Below, in pieces: positions 11,201-20,805 of a stretch of DNA of 61,259 nt (its first letter is position 1; every line of letters starts with the position of its first letter). Below the pieces are notes generated by a model. The model searched no databases, was not told the DNA's origin, and worked only from the letters and a program-made list of their open reading frames with translations. Position numbers and translations under genes: made by a program. The DNA lies in contig JBLIDI010000001.1 in assembly GCA_047634075.1 (NCBI GenBank), positions 1 to 61,259 of the forward strand, read 5' to 3'. Source of the stretch: Akkermansiaceae bacterium (GTDB taxonomy: Bacteria > Verrucomicrobiota > Verrucomicrobiia > Verrucomicrobiales > Akkermansiaceae).

Positions 11201-11686
11201 GAGCTTCTGCCGACCCTCCTCGAGGAAGGCCGCAAGATCCTCATTTTCTCCTCCTTCACCACCATGCTGGCCCTGATCCAGAAGCATCTGGAGAAGGAAA
11301 AGATCCCGTTTTCAAAGATCACCGGGAGTACCAAAGATCGCCAAAGGGAGATCGACGAATTCCAGTCTGGAGCCACTCCCGTCTTCCTCATTAGCCTCAA
11401 GGCCGGCGGCACCGGCCTCAACCTCACTGCGGCCGACACCGTCATCCACTACGACCCGTGGTGGAACCCCGCTGCTGAAAACCAAGCAACCGACCGCGCC
11501 TACCGCATCGGCCAGGACAAGCCAGTCTTCGTTCATAAGCTCATCACTGAAGGCTCCATCGAGGAACGCATCGTTCAGCTCCAGGCTCAAAAAGCCAAAC
11601 TCGTCGAAGCCCTGCTCAGCGCAAAAACCACCAAACTCCAGCTCGACCAAGAAACCCTCGGCAATCTCCTCGCTCCGCTGGAGTAG
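8276..11686 (+). CDS. SNF2-family DNA-dependent ATPase/helicase with N-terminal SWIM zinc finger and SNF2-associated region
   Basis: SWIM-type motif CYCSCPVAYDCKHSAA. SNF2 motifs DDMGLGKT and DEAQYIKN. Helicase-C motifs LKAGGTGLNLT and QATDRAYRIGQ. 1136 aa. Confidence 0.92.
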   Translation: MDLTAIFSRPDLVSELKGRDWTAVFDRKSLLRAESYTKPARLLRLDAFDLGESVNVIASFRGNSDPTYRTVLTFTRNERRNWAFGCYCSCPVAYDCKHSAAALIALTERLNRSTGSISRLRDPGDSEIADWLSTVSASLAVPAPSEEKEKPNNSFLAYCLVPPTYSYESRYNLSLHVGRSLKNGEVRITTNSNANADPIRPPKYMRPEDIMPCTLYYQILRGSYQYGGLRLEGPQAGLLLQQALETGRLYRLGDRQHPELLIPGDSILPEPIWENQPDGSARPTFAPPFSEAIGIINTQPPYILLPHPDPDRVAFHPLDLSRHSASFLKAWSNGPTLKPEQVATIATALQNRLPALPKPIPSKTEVLKKSKPQIQLYLHRANPFTHGGLHLSGQPEPIIAELTFRYHSHDFTPNLAEEPKGKANFIASKKGAVYTIPRDTKIEREAILSLQHDHDIVPAGAHDPQIAPERRSALVPADPPSQWDIAIVAFMTHSVPLLREQGWKVTIDTTAKVNVHTIGPDDLDTGLAEHPDHGIDWFQFSASYLTPEGDKQPLLPLLSSYLRLLDFDTIDETLESLRDDDQTLLRDPDSPNSFLALPTLRLLSLAKTLHDLFGSNSPEEPLHRLQAAALADVLEMDSSQTLKDLAALGKNLKNVTTLPRPKPPKSVEADLRDYQLDGFHWMQFLARHGLHGILADDMGLGKTLQALTHLQAEISGRRTNKLPSLVLAPTSVVGNWKAEAKKFTPRLKTLLLHGPERKAEFPKIPKAHLVITSYALLVRDFEVLKDQDFHLVILDEAQYIKNPAAKVSQHVCKLRANHRLSLSGTPLENHLGELWSQMRFLMPGLLGSSEAFRKHFRTPIEKHGDSNAQLSLNSRVAPLILRRTKDQVATELPPKTEILHSISLNPGQIDIYETVRAAMDDRIRDAIADKGLAKSQIIVLDALLKLRQICCHPQLLKLPAAQKVKHSAKLDFLTDELLPTLLEEGRKILIFSSFTTMLALIQKHLEKEKIPFSKITGSTKDRQREIDEFQSGATPVFLISLKAGGTGLNLTAADTVIHYDPWWNPAAENQATDRAYRIGQDKPVFVHKLITEGSIEERIVQLQAQKAKLVEALLSAKTTKLQLDQETLGNLLAPLE

Positions 11687-12527
11687 GGGAGTCCGTCCAG
11701 AAAAGTCGTTGCGAATCCCTTCTCCGAACCGCTTCAGTTTGGGGAATGGTAATTCTTCACGAAAACATCCTGAAGGGATGCCGGGAAAGACAGACTCCAC
11801 GGTGTTTCGTGAGGGTGGTCGTGAAGTTCGGCACGCAAGTCATCTCGGGTCTTCTAGTGTCCCTTCAGTAACTCTGATTTTCCGACCCTTATTTGTGTGT
11901 GAAACCCAGCGAGTGGCGTGTCCTCGATTTTAGGGACGGCCAGAGATTTGCTTCGAGGGTCTCGAATGTTCGATTTATTTTCATGTGAATCTTTCCGTCT
12001 TACCGGGAGGATTTTCAGTTGGGCTGGACTGAAAGTTGATTGGGAAATTGGGAAGACGGTCGTGAGTGATTGAGGTCGTGGATCGTTGCGGTGCGTCACT
12101 TCTGGGGTGGTAACGCGATGCGCATGATTCGCGGCACCAATCCACGGGATGAGAGGCCGACGGTGAAGTGATTGCGTCAGCCGGGGATGATGAGGACGCG
12201 TCCTTGCGAGAGGGGCGAGGCCATTGAGACGGAACATTCGTTTCTCTTCCTCGAGATCGCATTCAGCAAAAGCACCTGGAATTTCGCTTCCGGAATTAGG
12301 GATAATGAGGCCGATCTCGAGGCCTTGGTATTCTGGCAGGATTTGCTCGAGACATTCGTCTTTGGCGAGATCGACCTCGAGACAAAGCACCTTGAAGAAT
12401 GTGGGTCGTTCTTAACTCCCCGGCGAGCACGTGCTTTTCCTCAGGAATGAGACGCTTGATTGGAAGCACGTGAAATGTTTTCGATTCTCGACAAAGAACC
12501 CGTTCTTGTTTTGTATGGATGTAAGTT

Positions 12528-13412
12528 ATGAATCGACGTGAATCACTTACGGCCCTCTCCGGAGGGGCCGCCACCGCTGCGCTATTTTCCGCCATGGGAG
12601 CTCAAGTCCAAGCCGCTGACGAGGAGGCCGCTGCGGCGGGCGCCAAGTTCAAGCACTCGGTCTGCCACTGGTGCTTTGGCAAAATCCCCCTCGAGCAGTT
12701 TTGTGTCGAGGTGAAGAAGATTGGCATTGAGTCCGTAGAGATTCTTTTCCCGGAGGAGTGGGCCACTGTTGCGAAGCACGGATTGACCTGTGCAATGGGG
12801 CGTCCCAGACCAATTAAGGGAATCGCAGGGATTGGAACCTCCTTTGAGAAAAAAGAAAATCACGACACGCTCGTGAAAATCTATGAAGAGATCATTCCTC
12901 TCGCGGCCAAGGCCGGTAACGTGCCGCAAGTGATCGCGTTTTCCGGAAACCGCCATGGTCTGACCGACGAGGAGGGCTTAAAAAACTGCGCCGAAGGGAT
13001 GAAGAGGATCATGCCCATCGCTGAGAAGCACAACATTACCATTTCGATGGAGCTCCTGAACTCCAAGGTGAATCACAAGGACTACCTCTGCGACCGCACC
13101 CAGTGGGGAGTTGATCTTGTCAATGAAGTGGGCTCGGATCGCTTCAAGCTTCTCTACGACATCTATCACATGCAGATCATGGAGGGTGACTGCATCGCGA
13201 CCTTTACCAAGCACAAGGACGCCATTTCCCATTTCCACACCGCAGGTGTTCCCGGACGTCACGAGATCGATGATACCCAGGAGTTGAACTACAAGGGCAT
13301 CTGCAAGGCGCTCGCCGAGATGGGCTACGAGGGCTACCTCGGCCAGGAGTTTGTGCCTAAGAATGATCCGCTTACCTCGCTGAAAGAGGCTGTCGAAATT
13401 TGCACGGTTTAA
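12528..13412 (+). CDS. Xylose-isomerase-like TIM-barrel protein (hydroxypyruvate isomerase / sugar phosphate isomerase-epimerase family) with Tat-like signal
   Basis: MNRRESLTALSGGAATAALFSAMG signal. FKHSVCHWCF..., ISMELLNSKVNHKDY and YDIYHMQIMEGD..HFHTAG are typical of this family. Confidence 0.85.
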   Translation: MNRRESLTALSGGAATAALFSAMGAQVQAADEEAAAAGAKFKHSVCHWCFGKIPLEQFCVEVKKIGIESVEILFPEEWATVAKHGLTCAMGRPRPIKGIAGIGTSFEKKENHDTLVKIYEEIIPLAAKAGNVPQVIAFSGNRHGLTDEEGLKNCAEGMKRIMPIAEKHNITISMELLNSKVNHKDYLCDRTQWGVDLVNEVGSDRFKLLYDIYHMQIMEGDCIATFTKHKDAISHFHTAGVPGRHEIDDTQELNYKGICKALAEMGYEGYLGQEFVPKNDPLTSLKEAVEICTV

Positions 13413-13667
13413 GGGGCTCAATCCAATTTTAAGTGATCGCTCGTGGGTATTTCCTCCGGGCGATTTTGTTTTGCGAGGCCTGAGATCTTCACGTCCAGTC
13501 AACTTTGCCAAAACGTCCGTAACGGATCACGGTGGGAACTTCCAGACGGATCGGGGCTGATAGGTTTCATCACTGACGAAGGGCGAGGCGATGAGTGCTC
13601 CAATTAATCTAACGAAAATCAGCTTCTTTCGAAGTTTTAGCGGAGGACCCAGGGCGCTTGCTATCTT

Positions 13668-14240
13668 TTATTCTTCGGTGATCTCGATCTTACGGAAGGA
13701 GATCGCCATATTTTTGCCAGCGTGGAGCTGGAGGCCGAGGGGGCCTTTTTCGATGGCAGTCTGGGATTCGTAGGTCACGCCTTCGACTCCGTTGAGCCAG
13801 GTTTTGTAGGTGTTTCCTTTGACCTCGATTTTGAGCACGTTCCAGTCCTTGGGCTTCACCGCGGCGATCGCCTCCTTGCTCTCGACGGGATATCCTTTTC
13901 CGGGGATGTAAGGTGCGGCGGTGAGATCGCGTTTGAGGGAGCCGGAGATGCCGATCTGGATCTGATCGTGGGGCTTCTTGAGCATGACGCCGGAGTCGAT
14001 GGTGCCTTCCCCGAGTTTGTATTCCACGATGAGGGTAAAGTTGGTGAACTCCTTTTTGGTCCAAAGGAGAGAGCCTTTTTTCTTAGGGCCAGACTGGCAT
14101 TGGAGGGCCCCCTCTTTCACGGTCCAGTGGACGTGCTTGCTCTTGGAATCGACACGCCAATCTTCGAGGTCTTTGCCGTTGAAGAGTGACTCGCCGGCGA
14201 GGGCGGTGAAGGGAAGGAGCAGGGTGACGAGGAATTTCAT
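13668..14240 (-). CDS. DUF1080 (3-keto-disaccharide hydrolase) domain protein, secreted
   Basis: Signal peptide, then LFNGKDLEDWRV...WTVKEGAL...WNVLKIEVKGN..TWLNG...GPLGLQLH..ISFRKIEI. This is the canonical DUF1080 pattern. Confidence 0.85.
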   Translation of the reverse strand: MKFLVTLLLPFTALAGESLFNGKDLEDWRVDSKSKHVHWTVKEGALQCQSGPKKKGSLLWTKKEFTNFTLIVEYKLGEGTIDSGVMLKKPHDQIQIGISGSLKRDLTAAPYIPGKGYPVESKEAIAAVKPKDWNVLKIEVKGNTYKTWLNGVEGVTYESQTAIEKGPLGLQLHAGKNMAISFRKIEITEE

Positions 14241-14259
14241 GACTCAGACTTACGTGTTC

Positions 14260-15138
14260 TTAGGAAGCGGCCTTTCGTTTGCCGAGTAATCCGGTGATGA
14301 GGCCGGTCCCAAGAAGGGTCACAAGGAGGCCCAAGACCATTTGGGAAGTCAATTCTTCATCCAAGACGAGCCATCCCCAAAAGATCCCGAAGAAGGGAAT
14401 GAGAAAGGTGACCGAAGTCGCGACGGTGGCACCGGATCGTTGGATGAGTTTGAAAAAGAGGACGAAGGCGAGCGCGGTGCAGATCAGGGCGAGGGCAATG
14501 GCGCAAAGCCAACTCAGGAGGGGCGGGGACTGAGCGGGAAGACGGGTGAGCGCGAAGGGGATGAGGACCAGTCCGCCTCCGAGAAGACTGCCGGAGGAAG
14601 CGACGAGGGGGCGGACGCCTTGAAGTTTACTCTTCATCCAGCTGGCTCCGAAGCCGTAGCAGAGGCAGGAAAGAACGCAGGCGAGGATGGGCCAGCCGCG
14701 ACCGTTTTGATGGAATTCAAGTTTCCCCCAAACGAGGATGAGAACGCCAAGAATTCCGAGGGCCAAGCCGAGAAGTTGGGTGGTGCGGAGCCGCTCTCCC
14801 AACCAGAGTGCCGCGATGATGGCGCTGAAGATGGGAACGCTCGAATTCATGAGCGAGGTGAACCCGGCACTCAAGGTGAGGCTTGCCCAGGAGAGCAGGA
14901 TGAAGGAGATGGAAGAGCCAAAGACGCCACTGACGAGAAGTTGCCACCAGTGGTTTTTGAAAAGAGCGCGGGCTTCTTTTCGGAGAAAGACGGGAGCGAG
15001 CGCGAGGCCGGCGATGGTCATGCGGAAGGCCACGAGCGGGACGGGACCGAAGTGGGGAGTTGAAACCCGCATGAAGAGGAAGGAAGCGCCCCAGATTGCG
15101 GCGAGCGAGAGAAGAATCAAGATATCAGCCAGTCGCAC
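14260..15138 (-). CDS. DMT-superfamily (EamA-like) transporter
   Basis: 292 aa, about 10 hydrophobic helices, two EamA-like halves (AAIWGASFLF..., LALICTALAFVLFF). GTG start. Confidence 0.85.
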   Translation of the reverse strand: MRLADILILLSLAAIWGASFLFMRVSTPHFGPVPLVAFRMTIAGLALAPVFLRKEARALFKNHWWQLLVSGVFGSSISFILLSWASLTLSAGFTSLMNSSVPIFSAIIAALWLGERLRTTQLLGLALGILGVLILVWGKLEFHQNGRGWPILACVLSCLCYGFGASWMKSKLQGVRPLVASSGSLLGGGLVLIPFALTRLPAQSPPLLSWLCAIALALICTALAFVLFFKLIQRSGATVATSVTFLIPFFGIFWGWLVLDEELTSQMVLGLLVTLLGTGLITGLLGKRKAAS

Positions 15139-15266
15139 TCAAGGGAAATCGTTTGCAGAGGCTGGAATGTCAAGAGGATCGTTTTGGGAGGAGCTTTGAG
15201 AATAGTCAGTCGAAGAGAGGGGCTGGGGTATCGATCCCCGGTCCTCTTTGATCGCAAAGACAGCGA

Positions 15267-16043
15267 TCAGTTTTTAAGATGCTTCGTGCAAAATTCCACT
15301 TGGAGGTCGAGCCAGGTCTTGTCGCCGTTGACTTGGGGGAGCTTGTTGTCTTGGCCGCCATAGGCTTCGACCGGGATGCCGAGGGATTTGGCTTTGTCCC
15401 GGATCAGTTCGAGTTGCTTTGGGGGATGAACGCGGTCGCTGGGTTTGGCGTTGGAGTAGAGGAAGAGGGGGGCTTCGCCTTTGTCCATGTAGCGGAGGGC
15501 GAACTCCTGGGTGCCGATGGGCTGCATGATGCCGACGACGACGGCGGGACGAGAGCTGAGCTTGTCGATGGGGTCTTTGGCTTTTGGATCGGCGAGATCG
15601 TCGTGGTATCCTAGGAATTGGCTGATCAGGGCTCCGGCGGAAACGCCCCCACAGCAGAGGCGGTTTGGATCGATGTGCCATTCTTTTGCTTGGGAGCGGA
15701 TGAATTTTACGGCTCGTCCGCAGTGGTCAACGATGTCTCGGTATTCCATGTCCTTCCCGAGGAAAGGGTAGTTGCAGCTGATGACGGCGTAGCCGGCCTT
15801 GCGGTAGGCTTTGAGGGTGGCAAGTCCGTATTTTTCAATCTGATTCTTGTCACCATTGCGGAAGCCTCCACCGTGGAACCAGACGAAGACGGGAGCCGGA
15901 GTATCGGGTTTCAAACCCGGCCAGAAATCGAGGACGTTGCGCTCGTGTTTTGTGTCATATTTGAGGTCGCGCTTGGGTGCGGAGGATGTGGCGTGACCAT
16001 CGGTGATCATGGCGAGGAGTAGGACGAGACGCAGAGAGGTCAT
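15267..16043 (-). CDS. Secreted alpha/beta-hydrolase (carboxylesterase/lipase-type)
   Basis: Signal peptide. Oxyanion-type VWFHGGGF and nucleophile elbow GGVSAGA. Confidence 0.8.
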   Translation of the reverse strand: MTSLRLVLLLAMITDGHATSSAPKRDLKYDTKHERNVLDFWPGLKPDTPAPVFVWFHGGGFRNGDKNQIEKYGLATLKAYRKAGYAVISCNYPFLGKDMEYRDIVDHCGRAVKFIRSQAKEWHIDPNRLCCGGVSAGALISQFLGYHDDLADPKAKDPIDKLSSRPAVVVGIMQPIGTQEFALRYMDKGEAPLFLYSNAKPSDRVHPPKQLELIRDKAKSLGIPVEAYGGQDNKLPQVNGDKTWLDLQVEFCTKHLKN

Positions 16044-16137
16044 TGGTGGGATCGTCGGGAGTGGTGATCAGGGATCAAGAAAAAAGGAGAGCGAATGAGA
16101 TTATAAAAAGGTCCGGTGGTGAGTTGGGACTTGAGGC

Positions 16138-18189
16138 GTGCAAGGGATGAGCAGATATGCCAGTATCATGACAATGCGAATTTGGAAGTTGGTCCTGTAT
16201 CTAGCCTTGGACTTTCCAGGTTTCCTTTCCGGGGCCGAGGTTCTGGAGATTTTACAGGAGAGCTGTGTCAAATGCCATGGCCAGGATGGGAAGGTAAAGG
16301 GCAAGGTGAATCTCCTGGAACTCAACGACCTGGAGAGCTTGAAAAAGAAGCCGGAATTGCTGCAGAAGATCATCGAGGCGATTGATTTTGAGGAGATGCC
16401 CCCGGAGGATGAACCGCAGTTGGGGAAGGGTGACCGGGTAAAATTTCTGTCCGATTTGCAGGCCTTGCGCAAAGAGGCGATGGCTGGAAAGAAGGCTTAC
16501 GAAGCGACGCCGATTCGCCGGATGAATCGATTCCAATATCATAATGCCGTTCAGGATCTCTTCGATTTAAAATGCACCGTTTTCACGCTTCCCGAGCGGA
16601 TGATCCGAGATCACGGGGGCTACTTTCGCCCTGATTCGGGAAAGATGGCAGACTTGGTGCAGGTGGGCAGCCGGCCCCTCGGGAAGTCGCAAATGATCGA
16701 GCCGAGGTTGGGGAATGTCGCGGCCTTCCCGCAGGATCTGCGGGCGGAGCATGGCTTTGATAACCAGGCGGACCATCTTTCGATGTCGCCGCTGCTCATG
16801 GAGTCGTTTCTAAAACTTGGGCAATCGATCACCGAGAGCCCTGATTTTGGGCCGAAGCGGGTGGGGATCTGGAAAGAATTCTTCGAGCCCCCTCGTGGCC
16901 AGCAAGAAATCTCCGTCATCGTGAGGAGAAGATTACAAAGGTTTGTGAGGAAAGCATTTCGAGGGAGAGTCGGGCCGGGAGTGGTCGGTCGGTATGCGGA
17001 GTTTGTGGAGGCCCGGAGGCACGGGGGCGCGAGCTACACGGAGGCCATGAAAGAGGTCGCGGCGGCGGTGATTTCCTCGCCAAGGTTTCTCTATCTCTAT
17101 GATGGTGCCGGAACTGACGGGGAGTTTGATGGCCACGAGCTGGCCTCGCGCTTGTCGTTTTTCCTTTGGGGAAGTTCACCGGACGAAGAATTATTAGAGC
17201 TGGCGGACTCCGGGGAGATTTTGAAGAAGGAGGTTTTGAGAAAGCAGTATGACCGGATGGTGAAGGATCGGAAATTAAAGAGGTTTTGTGATTCCTTCCC
17301 GGCGCAGTGGTTGCAGCTGGAGCGGATTATTTCGTCGGTGCCGGATCCTAAAAAATTCCCGAAGTTTTATTTTTCGAAATATCGCAGTAGCATGCACATG
17401 ATGATGGAGCCGCTGCTTTTGTTTGAGGCCGTCCTGATTGAAAACCTTCCGGTGACCCAGCTCATTGATTCGGACTTCACCTATCGGTCCGGGCATCTCG
17501 AGCAGGCCTATGGGCTGTTAGGATCAGCAGGGAAGAAGAAGAGCGGACAAGTTACCGTCTTGGACTTCCATCGGGTGCCGGTGACGGATCGGCGGGTCGG
17601 TGGCGTGATCACGAATGCCGCAGTCATGACGATGACTTCTGGTCCCGAGCGAACTCAACCGATCACGCGGGGAGCGTGGATGGCCGGGGTCATTTTTAAT
17701 AAGCCCCCCGAGCCTCCGCCGGCGGACGTGCCGGCACTGGGTGAAAAACCGAGTGAGGGCGAGGAGCATTTGACCTTGCGAGAGAGGCTCTCGATGCACC
17801 GTGAGCGGGCTGATTGCCGGGGATGTCATGAGCAGATTGATCCACTGGGGTTTGCGCTTGAAAACTTCAATGCGATTGGGAGGTGGCGAGAGGAGTATGA
17901 AAATGATCGGAGAGTCGATATGGAAGGGGTTCTTTTTCGGAAACACCCATTCACCAATGTGGTGGAATTCAAGGATGCCATTTTGGCGGAGAAGGATCGC
18001 TTTGTAAAAGGGTTGGCGGGCCACCTTTTGTCGTTTGCCTTGGCGCGGGAGTTGGGCACGGCCGATGAAATTGCTCTCGATGATATTGTGAAGCGGGTGG
18101 CGGCGGAGGGATATGGAATGAAGGTTTTGATGCGGGAAGTGATTTTGAGTGAGCCCTTTTTAGCGAAGGCGCATGAAGTGAAAAAGTAA
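16138..18189 (+). CDS. PSCyt / DUF1587-DUF1592-DUF1595-DUF1588-DUF1585 family protein
   Basis: N-terminal CVKCHG motif and C-terminal CRGCHEQIDPLGFALENFNAIGRWR motif. The architecture is typical of this Planctomycete/Verrucomicrobial family. The exact start (16138/16147/16171) is uncertain. Confidence 0.85.
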   Translation: MQGMSRYASIMTMRIWKLVLYLALDFPGFLSGAEVLEILQESCVKCHGQDGKVKGKVNLLELNDLESLKKKPELLQKIIEAIDFEEMPPEDEPQLGKGDRVKFLSDLQALRKEAMAGKKAYEATPIRRMNRFQYHNAVQDLFDLKCTVFTLPERMIRDHGGYFRPDSGKMADLVQVGSRPLGKSQMIEPRLGNVAAFPQDLRAEHGFDNQADHLSMSPLLMESFLKLGQSITESPDFGPKRVGIWKEFFEPPRGQQEISVIVRRRLQRFVRKAFRGRVGPGVVGRYAEFVEARRHGGASYTEAMKEVAAAVISSPRFLYLYDGAGTDGEFDGHELASRLSFFLWGSSPDEELLELADSGEILKKEVLRKQYDRMVKDRKLKRFCDSFPAQWLQLERIISSVPDPKKFPKFYFSKYRSSMHMMMEPLLLFEAVLIENLPVTQLIDSDFTYRSGHLEQAYGLLGSAGKKKSGQVTVLDFHRVPVTDRRVGGVITNAAVMTMTSGPERTQPITRGAWMAGVIFNKPPEPPPADVPALGEKPSEGEEHLTLRERLSMHRERADCRGCHEQIDPLGFALENFNAIGRWREEYENDRRVDMEGVLFRKHPFTNVVEFKDAILAEKDRFVKGLAGHLLSFALARELGTADEIALDDIVKRVAAEGYGMKVLMREVILSEPFLAKAHEVKK

Positions 18190-18199
18190 TTTTGAAACG

Positions 18200-19540
18200 A
18201 TGACAACACGACGAGGATTTTTGAGAGGGCTGGGCGGAGCTGCTTTGGCGCTACCGCGGATGGAGAGTCTTGGTGCGCAGACTCTTGCGAGTGGCGTGGC
18301 GAAGCGAATGGCTCATTTCTATGTGCCCATCGGTGTGGTCCGTCGTGGCTTCTTCCCGGGTGAGGCGGACTCGGTCATTCCCAAGGGAAACCTGGGGAAT
18401 GTTATGAAGTCGCTTGGGAAGCAGAATCCGAATTACAGCGTCAATCCGCTCGGTAAGTTGACTCCGACGATGTCTCCTCTGGAAGGAGTCAAAGATAAGG
18501 TGAATCTCATCACGGGAATGGACCGGACCTTCCAACAGGGGACCGACGTCCATGCACAGTGCGCCTCGTGTTACCTCAGTAGTGCGCCGCCTTACACCAT
18601 CAAGGGAACGGCTTGGCCTCTCGCTCGTACCCTCGATCATTTGGTGGCTGATGTGGTGGGAAAGAAGACACCGTTTCCAACTCTTGAATTCAGTTGTAAC
18701 AGTCACAAGGATAACAAGGAGTCGATCTACTTCGATAATATTTCATGGTATGGCACGGGCCATTTGGCGCCATCAATCCGAGATCCCCGAAAGATGTATC
18801 ATCGCTTGTTTTCGACCGCTGAGATTGAGCGCTACCGTGACATCACCGATTTGGTCCTTGAGGATGCGCGGTCGATGAAGAGGGAGCTAGGCTATGCCGA
18901 CGGGCAGAAGTTTGCAGAGTATTTTGATTCGATCCGGGCTATTGAAACTCAGATGGATCGATTGGAGTCGATGAAAGGAGAGTTGTCCAAGGTGAGCTTT
19001 GATGAACCACCGGAAGCCTATCTGCCGCGTGGAGAGTATATTCGACTTATGGGTGATTTGATGGTGGTGGCATTGCAGTCGGGATTGACCAATGTGGCGA
19101 CCTTTATGGTGGGGCCGGAGCGGTGGGATACGCCCTATCTTTTTGATGGCTTGTTCGATAAACCGGTGAGCCACCATGGCATGTCGCACAATCAGACAAG
19201 GATGATTAATCAGCTCTTGCAGGTGGACCAATTCCACATGGAGCAGTATGTCTATCTTCTGGAGAAAATGGACGGTATTATCGAGGCGGATGGCACGACT
19301 TTGCTGGATAACACCTTGTTTACTTACGGTTCTGGTCTCGGGGACGGGTCTACTCATCAATACAATGATCTTCCCATCATCATGGCGGGAGGCGGTAAAC
19401 AGGTGAAATCCGGCCAGCATATTAATATGCCGGAGGGAACGCCTTTGGCGAATCTTTGGCTCACGCAGGCCAAGATGATGGGTGCCAAAATGAAGCGCTT
19501 CGCTGATAGCACAGGTGAGATCGAATCGATCGGATTGTAG
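18200..19540 (+). CDS. DUF1552 domain protein with Tat signal
   Basis: MTTRRGFLRGLGGAALALP twin-arginine signal, 446 aa. It is the usual downstream partner of DUF1592 proteins and starts 10 nt after the upstream stop. Confidence 0.85.
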   Translation: MTTRRGFLRGLGGAALALPRMESLGAQTLASGVAKRMAHFYVPIGVVRRGFFPGEADSVIPKGNLGNVMKSLGKQNPNYSVNPLGKLTPTMSPLEGVKDKVNLITGMDRTFQQGTDVHAQCASCYLSSAPPYTIKGTAWPLARTLDHLVADVVGKKTPFPTLEFSCNSHKDNKESIYFDNISWYGTGHLAPSIRDPRKMYHRLFSTAEIERYRDITDLVLEDARSMKRELGYADGQKFAEYFDSIRAIETQMDRLESMKGELSKVSFDEPPEAYLPRGEYIRLMGDLMVVALQSGLTNVATFMVGPERWDTPYLFDGLFDKPVSHHGMSHNQTRMINQLLQVDQFHMEQYVYLLEKMDGIIEADGTTLLDNTLFTYGSGLGDGSTHQYNDLPIIMAGGGKQVKSGQHINMPEGTPLANLWLTQAKMMGAKMKRFADSTGEIESIGL

Positions 19541-19669
19541 GGTGCTTGGTGGAGGTCAGGTTATTCCTCTGGCAGCGGTCTTCGCAATAAATGTTGTATT
19601 TATCAAAACGATCATGCCATTATTTGAGGGAGCAAGGATGAAAAATGGTGTCGAGAGAGACCGTTCAGG

Positions 19670-20671
19670 TCACCAGCTTTGGAGACGAGATCTAGGTCGG
19701 ACTGCGCCGATCTGAAAGAGAATCGGGGCGTGCTCCAGAGTGGCTCCATTCAAAGGCGTGACGAGATTGTCTGGAATGGGAGATTTACCATAACGATAGC
19801 CGCCCCGCACGGTCCACTCGTGATTGAGTTCGCAGGCTGTCCCGAGGGCGAAAACGAAGCGGTCTTTCCAGTCTAGCGGGATGCGATCGGTGGGAGTTGA
19901 ACCAATCGCGCCATTGAGGTCGGCGTTCGAACTGCGACTGAGGTCGACCTTGAAGGTGTCGTAGGAACGTGACCATTGGTGCCAGTCGATCCAGAGGTCG
20001 TTGGGTCGCCACGCGGTGCCAGCTCCGATGGTCAGTGGGAGTTGCACCCGTGCCTGCGCCTCGTCGTCCGCCACGGGGGAAGCTGGCGCGAGGCCCAGAG
20101 AGGGAAGCTGCGCGGAGTAATCGACCTGGGCGCTTCCCGAGTTATCGAGCGAGACCGGAAGCTTGAAGCGACCGCCGACAGTCCATTCACGGGAGGGCCG
20201 GTAGAGAGTTCCAAGCTCGATGGAGGGAGACCAACCGTCGGTTTCCATGTCGAGATTGACCTTAGCATTGGCGAGAGCCGGGTTGGTTTGAAAAATGAAA
20301 GGTGCATTAAAGTTGATCTCGCTGTGGATTGCTCCGGCACTGATTCCTATCGCGAGTTTATCATTGATCTGCCAGGAAGCGGCGAAGTCCGGATAGGCTC
20401 CTTCGCCATCGTGCAGGCCGGTGGAAATGCCCCCGCGTTTGAAGGTGGAGTTGCCATCGAGATAGCGGGTGGAGAGAGTCCACTGGTTCTCTTGCAGGGT
20501 AGAGAGCAGAGCTGGGTTGACGTGGACTGCGGTGAGGGCGTCGCCGTCGGTCCCACCGAAGGCTCCGGCCGCCCCCATGTCTCGCGCTCCGAACCCCCAA
20601 CGGAGAATTCCGTTGGCCAACCCGGGGGGAGAGATCCCAAGGCCTAGGAGAATAAAAATGGTGATGCGCAT
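19670..20671 (-). CDS. Outer-membrane transport protein, FadL/TodX (OMPP1)-like, possibly C-terminally truncated
   Basis: ORF trimmed to ATG 20669-20671 (MRITIFILLGLG..). The GFGARDMGAAGAFGG..AVHVNPALL start is typical of the family. Only ~333 aa, and the tail ..EHAPILFQIGAVRPRSRLQSW looks atypical. Confidence 0.6.
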   Translation of the reverse strand: MRITIFILLGLGISPPGLANGILRWGFGARDMGAAGAFGGTDGDALTAVHVNPALLSTLQENQWTLSTRYLDGNSTFKRGGISTGLHDGEGAYPDFAASWQINDKLAIGISAGAIHSEINFNAPFIFQTNPALANAKVNLDMETDGWSPSIELGTLYRPSREWTVGGRFKLPVSLDNSGSAQVDYSAQLPSLGLAPASPVADDEAQARVQLPLTIGAGTAWRPNDLWIDWHQWSRSYDTFKVDLSRSSNADLNGAIGSTPTDRIPLDWKDRFVFALGTACELNHEWTVRGGYRYGKSPIPDNLVTPLNGATLEHAPILFQIGAVRPRSRLQSW

Positions 20672-20805
20672 TGTGTTTTGAATTACAACCAGGGAACCTC
20701 GTCTACAATCTGAAAGATGATGAACGGCGGCGTAATGAGGAGACTGGGTGTTATCTAAGAGCGAAAGCCTTGACATCGATGCCAATTCTATGAGCATCTT
20801 TTTTG

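Noticed and set aside
11854-12390. 178-aa minus-strand ORF in the 840-bp gap between the SNF2 gene and the TIM-barrel gene
   Set aside because: Only the first ~55 residues look protein-like (..CLEVDLAKDECLEQILPEYQGLEIGLIIP..). The rest is Pro/Arg/His-rich low complexity and no family was recognised. It may hide a short gene or a relic, but I cannot support a call.
19541-19669. Search for the missing C-terminal strands of the FadL-like gene in other frames
   Set aside because: None of the three minus-strand frames gives alternating-hydrophobic beta-strand sequence or a terminal aromatic signal beyond the annotated stop. Truncation is suspected but not demonstrable from the sequence alone.
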